A stretch of 64,000 bases of DNA from Hemiscyllium ocellatum (GCF_020745735.1 NC_083410.1:54100117-54164116); one strand, 5' to 3'. Numbered from the stretch's first letter, positions 12,409 to 25,816 are shown. Made by a program: numbers and translations. Notes: generated from the sequence alone by a model not told the origin.

Positions 12409-12436
12409 GGTTTGTTGGGTAATTTGCTGATGGTGC

Positions 12437-13580
12437 TGTGATGTAGATTGTGTGATTTATAGGTATCTAATAACATTCATTTTGAGCTTTTGTTCCTTGA
12501 CTTAGTAAAATGTGAGTTTTCTATGTGTATAAAGTTAATAATTAACTTGGAAGTATTGCTGTAGCAATGGCAATTTATTTTAAAATAGTATTTGAGACCA
12601 AGCTTTAGATTCAATTAATTTTTGTGCACCACAAATGTAGTTTTATTAACCTTTAAATTATTTTGCAATACAGCAAAATAAATAATAGGACCTCAGAGTT
12701 TGTTAGATTTCTGGACTTGTTTGTATTGAAGCTTAAGGGAAACACCCATAACTAGACAGGCATTGTTTTATCCTTGGGTTTTTGCCTATTTAGACCAGTA
12801 CTCTTAAGAAGGGAAATATGTAATGGAACAACCTTAAAAGTAATTCTGGTTTTAGACCAGAATTGTTGGGATAAAAGCCTGAAGGGGTTACTTAATGATG
12901 CATATTTCTAGCTTCGGTTGTTAACAACTCAAAGAAGAAACTCTTTGCAATTCTAGTCTATAAATTAAAGTTTCAAGTTACCTCCATGTACCAAAGTAAC
13001 AGAGATGCTGGGTATGAATACTGCACAAGTGGTATTTTGGAGTATTATATTAGATGCATTTTGGGTACTTTGCAAAAGCTGTTGTTTTTCTTTTCAATTT
13101 ATAATGGGGTGTTTTTAGGTTAAACAGATCATACATTTACTGTGTGCTTAAAAATCTTTGTATTTATGTTGAAAGTACATTGTTTGGTTTATTCTAATTG
13201 ATATTAATTTCTATTGTTAATAAACTTTCTTTTAAATCTGCACTATTGTGTTATGTTTCAGTGAGAGACTACTTAATCAAAACCAAACCAAACCAAACCA
13301 AAACAAAATAAGATCTGTCGAGAGTGTGGAAAAACACAGCAAGTCAGGCAGCATCCGAGGAGTCGTGGGAGGGGGTGTGGTCCTGCAGGGGAGGCAGCTG
13401 AGAATGCAATAGCTAGATGAAGGTGGGAGAGAAGGTGATACATCAGAGAGGAGGATGGAGCAGGTAAATGGGAAAGACCTTTTGACCTGTCAACCATCTT
13501 TCCCATCCTATGATCTGTCAACCCCAAGTTCCAGTTTGGTATTTGACTTGCCAATAATAACATTAGCTGGGATCATAATA
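12437..13580 (+). mobile_element. Probable old solo LTR inserted in the CR1 RT, containing an (AAACC)n tract and a Penelope fragment (about 13315-13480)
   Basis: Interrupts CR1 just after the FADD motif. Ends are TGTGAT...GGGATCATAATA, flanked by GTGC/GTTC. AATAAA near 13220. Confidence 0.5.
13279..13305 (+). repeat. (AAACC)n microsatellite
   Basis: aaaaccaaaccaaaccaaaccaaaac. Confidence 0.9.
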
Positions 13581-14214
13581 GTTCCAAGATAGATAGGAAA
13601 GAAAGCTGAGAAATGTGTGCAAGGAGGTTCCAAAGAGATATAGATAAGCTAAAGAGCATAGGTAAAATCTTGAAAATGAAAAAAACTGAACAATTGCCTG
13701 CTTTTGGTAGTAAGAATTTAGAAATAGGGAGACCCCTTGAGATGCATAAGGATTTAGGTGAGCCAGTCCATACACTGCAGAAAGTTAGTATGCAGGTACA
13801 TTAAGTATCAGGAGTCATTATTTAAGGAAGAATGGAAGTGGTCTACTGGATTGATACCAAGAATTAGTGCATTGTATTCTGAAGATTAGATAGACGAATT
13901 GGCCTTGTTTCAATTAGATTTGATTGAAGTATATATAACCCTGCATGATCTTGAATAGGTGAATGTGGAAAGGATGTTGGTTCTCATGGGGGAATCCAGA
14001 ACTAAACAGGTCTATTTTGAAATTAGGGGTTTCTCTTTAAGAACAGAGAAAAGGAGATTTTTATTTCTTCAAAGGTCGTGTGTCTTTGGACCTCTGCCTC
14101 AGAAGGCATGAAATTATTGATTTTTTTAATCAAATGTGTTGCTGTTCAATAGAGAAATCAAAGATTATTTTGGGAAGATATAAATATGGAATATGAAGCA
14201 CAATTGGATTAGCT

Positions 14215-15205
14215 TTTTGAGATGATTTGGAGCTCATGTTGAGGTTCTGGATGTAAGTTAGCTCGTTGAGTTGGAAGGTTTATTTTCAGATGTTTCATCG
14301 CCATATTAGATAACATGCTCAGTGAGCCTTCGCTGAAGCACTGGTGTTAGTGACCCGCTTTTTATTTATGTGTTTAGGTTTCCTTGGGTTGGTGATGTAA
14401 TTTCCTGTGGTGATGTCAGTTCTTGTTGAGATGTAATTTCCAGTTCTTTTTTTCTCAGTGGGTGGTAAATGGAGTCCAAGTCGATATATTTGTTGACAGA
14501 GTTCCGGTTGGAATGCCATGCTTCAACGAACACAGTCCATCAATTTCTCATCAAAAAACCCAAATAAGCAGATAAAATACATCCAGAAATCCTAGCCACT
14601 CTCCATTCCATCAAAGACATCTTGGAAATGACTGCTAGACTACTCAGACTGCTTGGCATTATGGTAGCCCAAACATCCACTAACACACCAAAACAAATGA
14701 AATTAAGGACCCCACACAGACAACAAGCAAAACTAATGTCATTTACAACATACCTTGCAAGAACTGTAACAAACAGTACACTGGACAAACAGGCAGAACA
14801 CTAGCCACCAGGATACATGAACATCCAATAGGCACAAAAAGGACATGACCCACTCTCACTAGCATCCTTACATACAGATGGCGAAGGACACCACTTTGAC
14901 TGGGACAACACATCCATCTTAAGACAAGCCAAACAGAGACATGCATGAGAATTCCTAGAAGCATGGCATTCCAACCGGAACTCTATCAACAAAGCATGGC
15001 ATATCGACTTGGACCCCATTTCCCACCCTCTGAGAAATAAGAACAGGCAATGACATCACCAACCCTAGGAAACCTAAACACATAAATAGAAAGCAGGTCA
15101 CTAACACCAGTGCTTCTTCGGAGGTTCACTGATGATGTTACCTAGAATGGCGCTGAAATGTCTGAAAATGAACCTTCCAGCTCAGTGAGCAAACTTACAT
15201 CCAGA
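14215..15205 (+). mobile_element. 5'-truncated Penelope/Poseidon-type element with inverted 5' pLTR and GIY-YIG endonuclease remnant
   Basis: About 14246-14525 is the reverse complement of about 14950-15205. Internal PCKNCNKQYTGQTGRTLATRIHEH...HHFDWDNTSIL...EFLEAWHS. Hammerhead-like CTGATGA..GAAA-TGTC at about 15129-15161. Confidence 0.9.
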
Positions 15206-15399
15206 GCTTTGAACACCTTAAATTGTGGTACAGAGTCAAAGGGTTGAATGGTATATTTCTGACCTATTTAAAAGGTGCATGTGCTTCAGTTTGTGCAGGA
15301 CACAAATGAGACTACGTCTAACTACAGGGAATATAATTTGTCACATTATGGAAAGAAAGATACAAATGCTTCAGAGCTGTTCTGAAAACACGTCCAACA

Positions 15400-15820
15400 C
15401 TCAAACCTGAAATTGATAGGTTGTGTTATGAGGAAGGGTTAGGCAGTCTCAGCTTGTATCAACTTGAATTTAGAAGAGTTTGACTTGATTGAAACATATT
15501 AAATCCTTATGGAATAGAGAAGGAATGTTATTTGTGTGGGAGAATCCAAACCAGGGGTCACTGATGAAAAATAAGGAGATATTCTTTTAAGGTAGAGATA
15601 AGAGATTTTTTTCTCTTCCTGAGGTTCTTTGGAATGTTCCTCAAAGGAGTAGTAGAAGCAATGTGTTTGTTTTTTTAAGCAGAGGTTGATAAATTTTAAC
15701 AAAGGTATGAAAGGTTATCTATGGTGTGTAGGAACGTGGAGTAGTCAGATTAATCACTATCATTTGATTATTACAGCAGGCTTGAAGAGCAGAGTGGTCT
15801 ACTCCAACTCATGGTTTGTA
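15400..15820 (+). mobile_element. Old CR1 3' fragment
   Basis: Decayed YEE..LGL..LEFRR, gagaatccaaaccaggggtca, and CR1 3' UTR. Confidence 0.7.
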
Positions 15821-17073
15821 CATTTGAATGTAACTACACAATGGTGGGGTAGATGAATTGTGTTTCAAAAGAAAATATGAACATCACCAAAAATTTTGAA
15901 ATATGTCAAGAAACAATTTGATGCAGGAATAAAGACACATACAGTGACTTTTTGGATAGATAAATAAAGGGCAACAAAATAGACTTCTGTATCCATAGAC
16001 ATATTGTGACCATCTTTTTTAAAAACATCTGATTTCAACAAGGTTATATCTAGACCAGCTTAATCAAAATGTTACTCACAATCCTTAGAGCCTGTATGGG
16101 TGAATGGTAGAACAGCCAATCAAGTGGCCACATCTAGGATTGCTGCCCACCTTTGAATGATGGCCATTCTCTGCAAGCTGCTCCTCTAATAAGGGGGCTG
16201 TTTCCATTGACAAAATGCCAACAGAGGCATAAAATAACCATTAACAGGGAATGGGCAGCAGAGAACATACCATTCCCAGCTCAGGAACTATTCCAAAGTG
16301 AGAGAAGAGGTTGAAATTTCAGCCCTCACACCTGTTTAGCATCCCTCCCACTTTAAAGGCCTGTCTCCAGAGAGCTGGTACAATTGCAGCTCCTGTTTTC
16401 TGTAGCAATGTTTTCTGAATTACCTCCCTTGCAACACTGCCACATAACTGAAGTACACATACCTAAGATAAGATTGTACATATCAATTAATTCATCATTT
16501 CTGCATGTAAATCATGAAATCTTTTTTTTTGGAGTCACAAGTTGAGGTTTACTTGATTTGTGTACATATTTAGCTTCATTTTTGTTGCACGATGCACAAT
16601 GTGAAAATCAGCCAATTGGACAATTCAGACCATTGGTTAAAGGCAAATTTCTTTCTTCCTTTGGGACACTTAAAGTCTGATCAGAAAAGTAAACAGATGT
16701 TGTGTTTATGACAAAATGCAGTTTCCTGCATATATTATCTAGTCAAAATTTATAGCTAGTTTTATATTCTAAGTTAAAATGAAATAAAAGATTTCCAGTG
16801 ATTTTGAATGTGGTCACTATCTCATAAAGAACTGATAAGAAATCATACCATTGTTTGCTGCAAAGTGCTTTTTCAGCTTTTACCCTTTCAATAATTTCAT
16901 ATTCAACAATACGTATATGAATGTATTTATGAAATTCAGGATTAAGATGTGCTTAGTTTTATAGTTCAGAATTAATTGACTTGATACTTTCTAAATAGCT
17001 TATATTAATCTTTAGTCCTGAACTTAAAGAACAGTATGATCAAGAGAATTGAATGCACACACAGCACTGCATT

Positions 17074-17087
17074 GTTGCCATGGCAAT
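17074..17087. promoter_or_regulatory. RFX X-box-like palindrome
   Basis: GTTGCCATGGCAAT is a 13/14 match to GTTGCCATGGCAAC and lies in repeat-free sequence. Motif evidence only. Confidence 0.35.
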
Positions 17088-17393
17088 TTCATAAGGTAGC
17101 TCAAGAGTTCTGATCCAAGTGCAATACAGCACATAAAATCTATCGTCCTGAAGCATATGCCATATCAGCTTTTTGATTCCTGAAAAGAAGGATCAAATAC
17201 AAATACTTTGCTTTTTAACCTTTAAATATCCAAAACTAAAGGACTGCAAATAACATTGATTTATAATTTTAGTTTTGCAAAAGCCCAATCATAAAAATGC
17301 AGCAAATTTAACTCAAATTAATTATCTTATGATTATGACGCTGGTTTGACAAATTATTCTTTTAATCCTAGAATGCAAATTCAAAACATTCAA

Positions 17394-17725
17394 GGGGTGG
17401 CACCGTGGCTCAGTGGTTAGCAATGCTGCCTCATGGGACCCGGGTTCAATTCCAGCCTTGGGCGACTGCCTGTGTGGAGTTGGCACATTCTCCCCATGTC
17501 TGTGTGGGTTTCCTCTGGGTGCTCCGGTTTCTTCCCACAATCCAAAGATGTGCAGGTTAGATGAATTGTCTATAATATTCAGGGACGTGTGGGATAGATG
17601 CATTAGTGAGGGGTAAATGTAGAGTAATAGGATAGTGGAATGGGTTTGGGTGGGATACGCTGTGAAGGGTCAGTGTGGAGTTGGTTGGGCAGAAGGGCCT
17701 GTCCCCACAGTACGGATTCTATTTT
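17394..17725 (+). mobile_element. HE1-like V-SINE
   Basis: A and B boxes, V-core, and tail ending ggattctatt. Confidence 0.9.
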
Positions 17726-17829
17726 ATGAAAACGATGTGATTAAGGTATCCCCTTGTAATTAGCTGCAAGTTTTCTTTATCCCACATGAAAATAACTGGA
17801 TAATTTAACTTAGTTCATTTTGATGTTGT

Positions 17830-18015
17830 GATGTGGAGGTACTAGTATTGGATTGGAGTGGACAAGGTCAGAAGTCACATGACATCAGGTTATAGTCCAA
17901 CAGGATTATTTGAAATCACAAGCTTTTGGAGCACTGCTCCTTCATCAGGTGAAATGACTTCAGTAGCACTCAGAAAGCTTGTAAATCCAATTAAAACTGT
18001 TGGACTATAACCATC
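17830..18015. mobile_element. Inverted Penelope pLTR unit (third family)
   Basis: ggttatagtccaacag...ctgttggactataacc inverted pair. Minus strand CTGATGAAGGAGC-AGT-GCTCC-AAAAGCT. Confidence 0.75.
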
Positions 18016-19719
18016 TGTTTATGGCCATGTTTCTGAGTTTTGGGCATATAAAAGTTTCAGCACCTCAATTTTCCAAGGCATTTACTAGTGGAAGGTCTGT
18101 GTCGACATTGCCTCTGCAACCTTTGATGCTATCCCTCCCTCCCCTTCCAGAAAGAGACAATGGAGGTGAGACTCAAACTGCAAACTCATAGGATCTTATC
18201 TGAAGAGAGAGAGGGCAGACTTACAGGAAACAGCAGCCATGCTGAGGACAATGTGGTTATCAGGAGCAAAACAAAACCAAAGCTTTGCGAGTAAATCAAT
18301 ATTCTGTGAAGCATTCAAGTATGTGTACTTGGCTCTTTGAAGTAATTCTTTTCATTCCCTGAGTGCTGAGCAATCCTGAAAATAGCATTTTATGTGGCTA
18401 TGATTATTATTGAGCACCAACAGAGCACAAATGATGGAAATGTGGATGCCTGATCGCTGCCTCATCCAAACATCAGTAACTGCACCTACTGTGCTACAAA
18501 TGATCCCATAACATGTGGTGGTTTTAAAAATGGATGGGATTATAACTTTGGAAGTTCCCATTCCATTTCCATCTCCCATTTGCCTGAGCTTTATGCAAAA
18601 AAAAACTGACATAAAACCTACTCTTGCATATCTTTGTTCTTCATTAACAACTATTTGGCTGTGTAATAAATTTACAAAGAGAAGTAAGAAATATAAAGAA
18701 GACAAGAAAAATAAACAAAAATAGGTTTGAAAAAAGGAAAAGAATTAAGGAGAAAGATAAAGGAAGGAAAAAAGAAAAAAATGCAATTACAGTACTTTGT
18801 GTGACTTCAGGCCATCACTGAAGTATAGTCACAATTATAATAACGTATTTTTAAAACTTAAATCAAATGAATCACCAACTGTACATTCTGTTTAAATAAC
18901 AGTGAGATAGGACTTGAAGAAGTAAGGGATATCAGAACAACACAAATGTTATTGAACTGCAAGCAGGCAGCAAGCTCAGGGGATCAATAGATTGGTGTCA
19001 ATTTGACCATCTCTAGAACTAGCAGGCCACCGCACCCAACTTTAACACTTGCTTTGCACAAATGAAATCACATTTTAACTCACCCTGTTATTTTTGAGAA
19101 CTTGATTATTTTCACCAGCATTACTGATTAAACTCACCAAAAAAAAGAGTTAGCTCCAGCAATTAATAGAACAAGATATTAATAATCAGTTATTGGTATT
19201 TCTTAAATGATAGAATAATTGCTACTGACTGACAATGAATCTCTCAGGTTCAGAAAGTTAACAATTTAAACTGTCGATTCTCATTGGCTCAAGTTGAAAA
19301 TTGTTGTTGGAGTTCAGAAAATTTACCATTTTCTTAGTTTAATTTGTCTCTGCACTCTCTCCCTTTTCTTTTCAATGAATTGTCCACTTAGTTCTAAATT
19401 ATCCAATGTTGTTATTTGAGGAGATACACTGTCAGTACGTGCTTACCGCTGTCTTAACTATTCGACAACCAGCTTTATTTTTTGTAAGCTAGGGCCAAAA
19501 AAAGTACAAAAGGCTGAAGTTTTCTGGAAAAGTCTACCTTAGAATTTATGAATAATGGATACATCTACATTAACATTAATATCCTTCATCAGATTAATCA
19601 AATATATCTTAAACTGAAACAATATACTTCACAATATAGCATGGTTTAAAAAGTCCACCTGTACAAATTTACCTCTCTTCATTGTACAGGACAGTGACAT
19701 TTAGAAAATAAAACACAGG

Positions 19720-20000
19720 AAGAGAGGATTGAGGAATAGGTTTAGACTATTCAGCTCTTTAATCCTGCTCTGCCATCCAATAACATCATGGTTGTGGTAG
19801 CAGTCCCACTTCACTACCTGTCACCTGTCAATCAAATATCTGTCTCATGGTTCTTCAAATCAATTCAATGAAACAGTCTCCACTATTTTCTGGTGAACTG
19901 AATTCCACAGACTAACAAATGTCTGAAGGCAGAACAAAATTCCTCATCTCTGTCTTAAAAGAAACCCCACTAATTGTTAAACTGTTTCCCCCAGTTCCAA
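19720..20000 (-). mobile_element. Old CR1 3' fragment
   Basis: Reverse complement of the CR1 3' UTR (aggaatagg..attcagc..cctgctctgcca) and of the LWNS..QK coding end. Confidence 0.6.
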
Positions 20001-20594
20001 TTCCTTGCTCAGGCTGCTTGAGACAGGCAAGCAGATCTTTCATTTTCAAAAATAAAGAAAACTTGTGGTTGCAGCTAAAAGGTCAATTAAATTAATTTAT
20101 ATCACATCAGAATTGTTTATTTATCTTTATTATTCAAAGCTAACACATACCCAAGGCTAAATTACAACATAGTTAAAAAAAATTATGAAATTACATAGCA
20201 TTAATGCAGAATCTGATTAATTTTCACTGACACAAATATTCAAAAACAATTAGAGACAATTAGAATTCCATAGCTAAGCTCAAATGAATGATAGATAACA
20301 CTAAATCATAGAGATACATATTTCTTGCAATCACTGATGAGTGCTGGAGGGCATGCCAGGAGTAGCACTAGGGATACCTAAAACTGTGGTGTCAACCTGC
20401 TGAAGTCAGAAAGCAGGATTCGTTGTGTGCCAAGCAACTTAAGCAGTAGGTGATAAAGACATGCAATGAATTCTGCAACAAATGATCTAAGAAGCAGATC
20501 TAAGATCTTTAAGCCTGCCACATCTAGTCCTGAATAGCAGTGGGCAATTAAACAACTCACTGAAGGATTAGGTTCCACAAATATCCCCGTCCTC

Positions 20595-21470
20595 GATTAT
20601 ATTTCCCTCCCCACCCCTATGTGCTTTCCGTAGGGACTGTTTACTCTGCGACTCCCTCGTCAGTTCCACACTCCCCACAAACAGTTCCTCCAAACCTGGC
20701 ACCTTTCCCTGCAACAACAGGAAGTGCAGCACTTGCCCCTACACCTTCCCTTTCACCTCCATCCAAGGCCCCAAACAATCATTTCAAATCTGGCAGGGAT
20801 TCATCTGCACTTCTTCTACCTGATCTATTGCATCCGTTGCTCCTGATGTGGTCTCCTCTACATAGGAGTGACCACAAGCAGACTCAGAGATTGATTTACG
20901 GAGCACCTGCACTCTGTACGCTGCAATCAACAGCACCTTCTTGTTGCCAGCCATTTCAACTCCTCCTCCCATTCCCTTGGCAACATGTCTATCCTGGGCC
21001 TCCTCCATTGTCAAAATGAGGCCACGTGCAAACTGGAGGAATGAGGTCTTATATTCCACCTCAGGAGCTGACAGCCCAATGGCTTCAACTTAGAATTCCC
21101 CAGTTTCAAAATCTTCTCATGCCCAACCTTTTCCCATGTCCACCCCTCCCTCTCCTCCTGCCTCTTTGACCTGAGTAAACCTGTTCATCTTCCTTCTCAC
21201 CTATCAATTCCATCTTCCCCAGTGGCCAATCATAATAACCCTGGAGGTGCATCCACTTATTACCACCCACCTATCTTTCCCACATCCACCTATCACCAAC
21301 CAACCTATCTTTCCGCCAGCTCCACCTCCTCTCTCTAATTCTGAGTTCCCTTTCCTCTCTGCAGTCTTGATGAAGGGTCCTGACCCGAGGAGTTGACTTT
21401 CCTGCTCCTCCAATGCTGTCTGACCTGTTGTGATCTTCCAGCTCAGCATTGTATCGACTCTGATTTACTA
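20595..21470 (+). mobile_element. Neptune-type Penelope 3' fragment (Cys-rich linker, GIY-YIG, pLTR)
   Basis: IFPSPPLCAFRRD..PGTFPCNNRKCSTCPY..YCIRCS*CGLLYIG..EHL. It is inserted in an older LINE fragment (about 20330-20590 and 21660-21770). Confidence 0.9.
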
Positions 21471-23194
21471 TGTCCTTACTATGTCCAACTGTCCCACACT
21501 GCCTCCTACTGGATAAATACTTGCCCACCCACTAATGACTACATCCTGTGTGTGAATTTTGAAAACAAAGTAACTAATAAACGCAATAGTGCATATTCCA
21601 AAAGACTGAAGTCTTTAAATGCTGATATTTCATCAGCCCCTCATTGAGTCATAGAGTCATATGGGAGTAGCCAAGGCCCAACCATGTTCAGATGTTTCAT
21701 AAATAATCTTCTCTCCATCATAAGGTCAATAGTGGGGAAATTTGTTGATGACTGCACAATTTTCAGCACCCCATGGTGAGAAACTCTTCACAAGATTTGA
21801 TAAAACTGATATTTCGCTAATTTCTATAAAAATCAACCCCTGGTCTTAAAACGTCCAATAAAGGAGTTGATGGCAGTAGGCTAGACTCCACCTATTCTGA
21901 TACATTGCTGAACTTCCTACAGATAATTGGTACCTACCTCCAGTCATTCAGAAGCAATCTCAAACTACAGTGGTGAGAAATTCATTCACATTGTAACCTT
22001 TCAAGTGGTTTCCTCCCATTGCTCTCCTTAATCCTTCAGTTACTTCACTTATTGATCTGAAGGCCTTGATACCATTTTTAATGGCAGATCATCATTTTTG
22101 TTGGCTTGGGCGTGTGCTTGGTGACAAGTTGGATGCTACAAAAACTCAGGTATATAATTTAACATCAGCTGAACTAGCATATTGGATTTTATGGTGCACC
22201 TCTTCACCTCTTTGTGGGATTGCTTGCTTCCAAGATAGAAAATGAGGGAAAATCTCTAACACTACATCATGAATCTTAATCAAAGACATATTGATATAAG
22301 AAATTTAATTGAACTGGGAGAAGAATTTGGATTTATATTCAGGCTGGATCACACGCTTTCATAGGCTTCAGTCAGCAAGTCAGATGTCAGTTGTTATTTT
22401 TGTTCAGAGTGAAACGGGACTTCAGTTTTGTCAGCCGAACAAAGAAAAACCTACAAGATGTAGCTGATACTCTGAAAATGCTTAATTATGTCCACAATGC
22501 CACAAAGGTACTAACCTTATATTATTCGACTATTTTCATGAAGATAAGCCAACTGTGCAAAGCATTGTGGTGCATGTTTATCAGAGATTTTGTAAACCAA
22601 AGCAGGCTATAATTTCAAGGTTATATAACGAGGTTTTTATGAGATCTGAAATCCATCAGACTATTGAAACAACTGAACCCTGAGGAAACCGTCACTTGCT
22701 GGTCTCTGACCTCTTTTATCAATTATACAATAATATACACGTGTTTCAAATTTTTGCAGTTTTTACAATTGATACTTCAAAGTGTCTGGATGTTTGAACA
22801 CTTTCATTGCCCTGCAGTGAAAGGTTTTTCTTCAAAGTGAGTGAAAAGTAATGAATAAAGTCTTGACTTTGAGTAAACATCATCCTTGAATTGAGGAACA
22901 AATGACAATTATCATCATGTGTATCATCTGATAAATAAAGTATTCTTTAAGCATTTATGAAGTGGTTTCATTATTCTGTGTATTCCTCTTTTTGTGATGC
23001 TCTTTTTTTTCAAATCAGAGGAAACCGCATGATCCATCTCACTAACATCTAACACAAAGGGTGGAAAATTCACATTCATTTAAATTATGAGGGGAGTAAT
23101 GGGTAGGAATGTAAATGATGAAAGTGTGGGCTCTACCAGTGAACTACTACTGGTCTCTTGATAAATTGGTGACGGAGTTTGAGATCATGTACTT

Positions 23195-23440
23195 TTTTCT
23201 TTGTTCATTCTTGGGATATGCATGCTATTGGCAGGGCCAAGATTTCTGAAGGTACTTAACAATCAATTACTTTGTCATGGGTCAGGAGTCACACACAGGC
23301 CAGACCAGGTCAGGACAACAGATTAATGAATGACTTTAATAAACAAGGTGTATTTCACACCAATTAATGATAGGTTCATTGCTGAGACTAGCTTTCAATT
23401 GTCGACTTTCATTATTGAATTCAAATGTCACCAGCTGCCG
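23195..23440 (-). mobile_element. SacSINE1-like (Deu-domain) SINE remnant
   Basis: ggagtcacacacaggccagaccaggt..attgaattcaaatgtcaccagctgcc matches the reverse complement of the recalled consensus. Confidence 0.65.
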
Positions 23441-23559
23441 TACATATATAGGTCAAAGGAATTCTAATGAAAAGGACAACAGCAGGATGACTCATCTACC
23501 TTAGATTTCTGAGTACATAACAACCACTGTATAGAGAGGAGACCTAGGAAGGCTGTTTG

Positions 23560-24200
23560 CTGGGGGTCTCACTTTTCACTGGGGGTCATACAGTGGGATA
23601 TGAGAGGCTTAACTAAGATGACCTTTCTTAAAGACCAGAAGGAAGACCATAACTCTCCAACAGAAGAAAAGAGGTGTGCACTGAAGCGACTGAAATAGCC
23701 AAAGGCAGGACTGTGGTTCCTTTTACTTAGGTGAAAATGTGTCCAGAGGATCCAAGACCTCAGGAAGACAGAAAATGTTAAGTAGGCCAACGTTAATATT
23801 CTTGATCAAGGATTTAGAATGGGAATCACAACAGCAAAGGGCAGACAGGTTGACCTTGTTGCAAAAAATATGGAGTTGGATTGTGGGAATTAACAGAAAC
23901 AAGAATCTGGTTCCTTCTGGCAATGACAAAACACAAGGTCTTTATCAGCACAAACTATAAAGGCTATCTGTTTCGAAAAATCTTTCAACTATCCTTTCTC
24001 TCCCCAACGACAATCCCATAATGCAATAAGCAACCAAAGGAAACAAATCAAAACCCCATCAATTAAAGTTTTCAAGAATCATCTTTAGATCATTTTCATT
24101 TGAAAATTTTCTTTATCAGGACCATGACATGAGCAGGTCATGCTGGTGTCATCCATATAAACAAAGACAGATAATGATGCAGCACAAGCAGATGTATTGT
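23560..24200 (-). mobile_element. Possible very old I/Nimb-clade LINE remnant (RT end plus RNase H)
   Basis: SVFVYMDDT, ENFN*WGF, then IPT..HIFCNKVN resembling WIPxHxGIxGNE. Confidence 0.35.
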
Positions 24201-24529
24201 CAGGTTGTGTCCGAGTGCAATATTTAATTTCCCTGCATTCTACAGCACACTCTTCAGAACAAGACATCTTGCAGCTCTACTCATTTTTCTCTCCAAGAAT
24301 ATCCCTTTCAAAGAACCCAACACTGATACTGGTTCACATTTACTGATCTCCAAGTATGCATGCATTACACATAGCTTTCACCAACGCTGTCTTCCCCTCA
24401 TGTAAATGCAAGCTGTTTCTCACATTCATAACTCTTTAGCTTCTCTGTTGCTGAAGGTAACAAAAAGCATTAATTGAAATGCAGAGTGGCAAGGTGGCCA
24501 GTGAATGAGGGTTGGTGCAGTGTTAAGCA

Positions 24530-24780
24530 TGGCACCTAGTTCATGGCACCTAGTTCATGGCATTGCAGCAGCCACTGGCCCTGTGGAGACCCAATGGAAA
24601 GGTAGTCATGTTCTGAGTGGATGCTAGTACTGGTGATTTCCTGCCAGGAAAATTTGTGCCTCCTGAGACACTGGTGTTCAAAGAGAACTGACCTCTGCCT
24701 GAATACCATGTCATGTAAACAACTCATAATGACTCTGGTGTTACCTCTACAATAGATTGTGCTATCATTGTTGCTGCTCC
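24530..24780 (-). mobile_element. Harbinger transposase N-terminal remnant
   Basis: MVFRQRSVLFEHQCLRRHKFSWQEIT resembles RVYRQR..SE.QCLRRLR. Tandem 14-bp duplication (atggcacctagttc)x2 at 24529-24556. Confidence 0.6.
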
Positions 24781-24949
24781 TCTTGCTCATCAGAAGTGCC
24801 AACTGGAACTGCATAAGCTGATCGCATGTCATTGGCAACACAGGAGTGCCGTATGAAGATGAACAAAGACCAAGACAGACGATGAGCCTGATACGAATAT
24901 TACACCTGTCAAACTGCGAAAGCAGGTACTCAAAAGGGTTATTTATTTT

Positions 24950-25330
24950 TAATCCATTTGTGTGGAGATAAAGACTTCACTGACTTGGTCACTAATTATC
25001 CCCTATTGTAAACTGTCCAAGAGAAAGTGATGGCGAGCTGTCACTTGAAGCATTGCAGTCTTTGGGGTACAGAAAGGGAGTGCCACAACTTTAACACATC
25101 AACAAGTGAAAGAGCAGCATTACAGTTCCATGTCAAGACAGTGAGTGGGTTCAAAGGAAACTTGCATTGAAGACATTCTCTTGTACAATATAGAGGTCGT
25201 GGATTTGGAAGAAATTGTCAATAGAACCTTGGTGCATTACTGAAGTGCATCTTGTAGATGTATAAAGAGGTTCTGTTGTCACATCAGTGATGAACAGAAT
25301 GGTGGTGGATTGAGTGCATTTTGTCAGTTT
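24950..25330 (-). mobile_element. 3' fragment of the LINE family at 45760-48240
   Basis: Shares agtgcatcttgtagat and the 3' UTR with 45760-46100. Confidence 0.6.
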
Positions 25331-25816
25331 GTTACTGAGGTAAGCAACCATTTATATTCCTGACATACTTCACTCAATTCAGTCCGATTCTTTTCAAAGC
25401 CAGACTAATTGTGGATGACTGCTCATATTGATTTGTGTTAGGATCAAGGCCCTGCTTTTGTGACTAATTTTGATCACAAAAAAATACATTGAAAGAGCAG
25501 AGTAATATTTCAGCAGAACACAAATCATGAGACTGCAACTCAGCATGCAAAAATATTTTCCATTGTTCTTCTGCCATCATTTGCTGATGTATGGGATGAT
25601 CCTGAAAGCAGCAAACAAAGCTCTTTAGCAACAAAAGCCTGTTGTTAACATGGCCTCCTTTGCTGCAGGAAGTATATTTTGCTTCAAAAAATGAACTGTG
25701 CTATGATGAATTAAGTTACACATGTTTAACATCAGGACTAGTAAGCCGTGCACAGTGAGAAAGTAGAGATTGAATCCAGAATGAGACACAGCCTGATTGA
25801 GTATATAATTTGAGGG

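Larger units (their letters stand above)
11660..14210 (+). mobile_element. Old CR1 LINE RT region, split by nested insertions
   Basis: NQYGLMRGKSFLTN at about 11935-11975, and FAD at 12424 resuming at 13585 as KIDRK..RRFQRDIDKL. The 3' UTR resumes after 15205. Confidence 0.8.

Noticed and set aside
18225-18375. Single in-frame TGA in one frame (DCSALRE*KELLQ...), considered as a selenocysteine codon
   Set aside because: There is no selenoprotein similarity, no SECIS was seen, and that frame is incompatible with the phase-1 NRXN1 exons.
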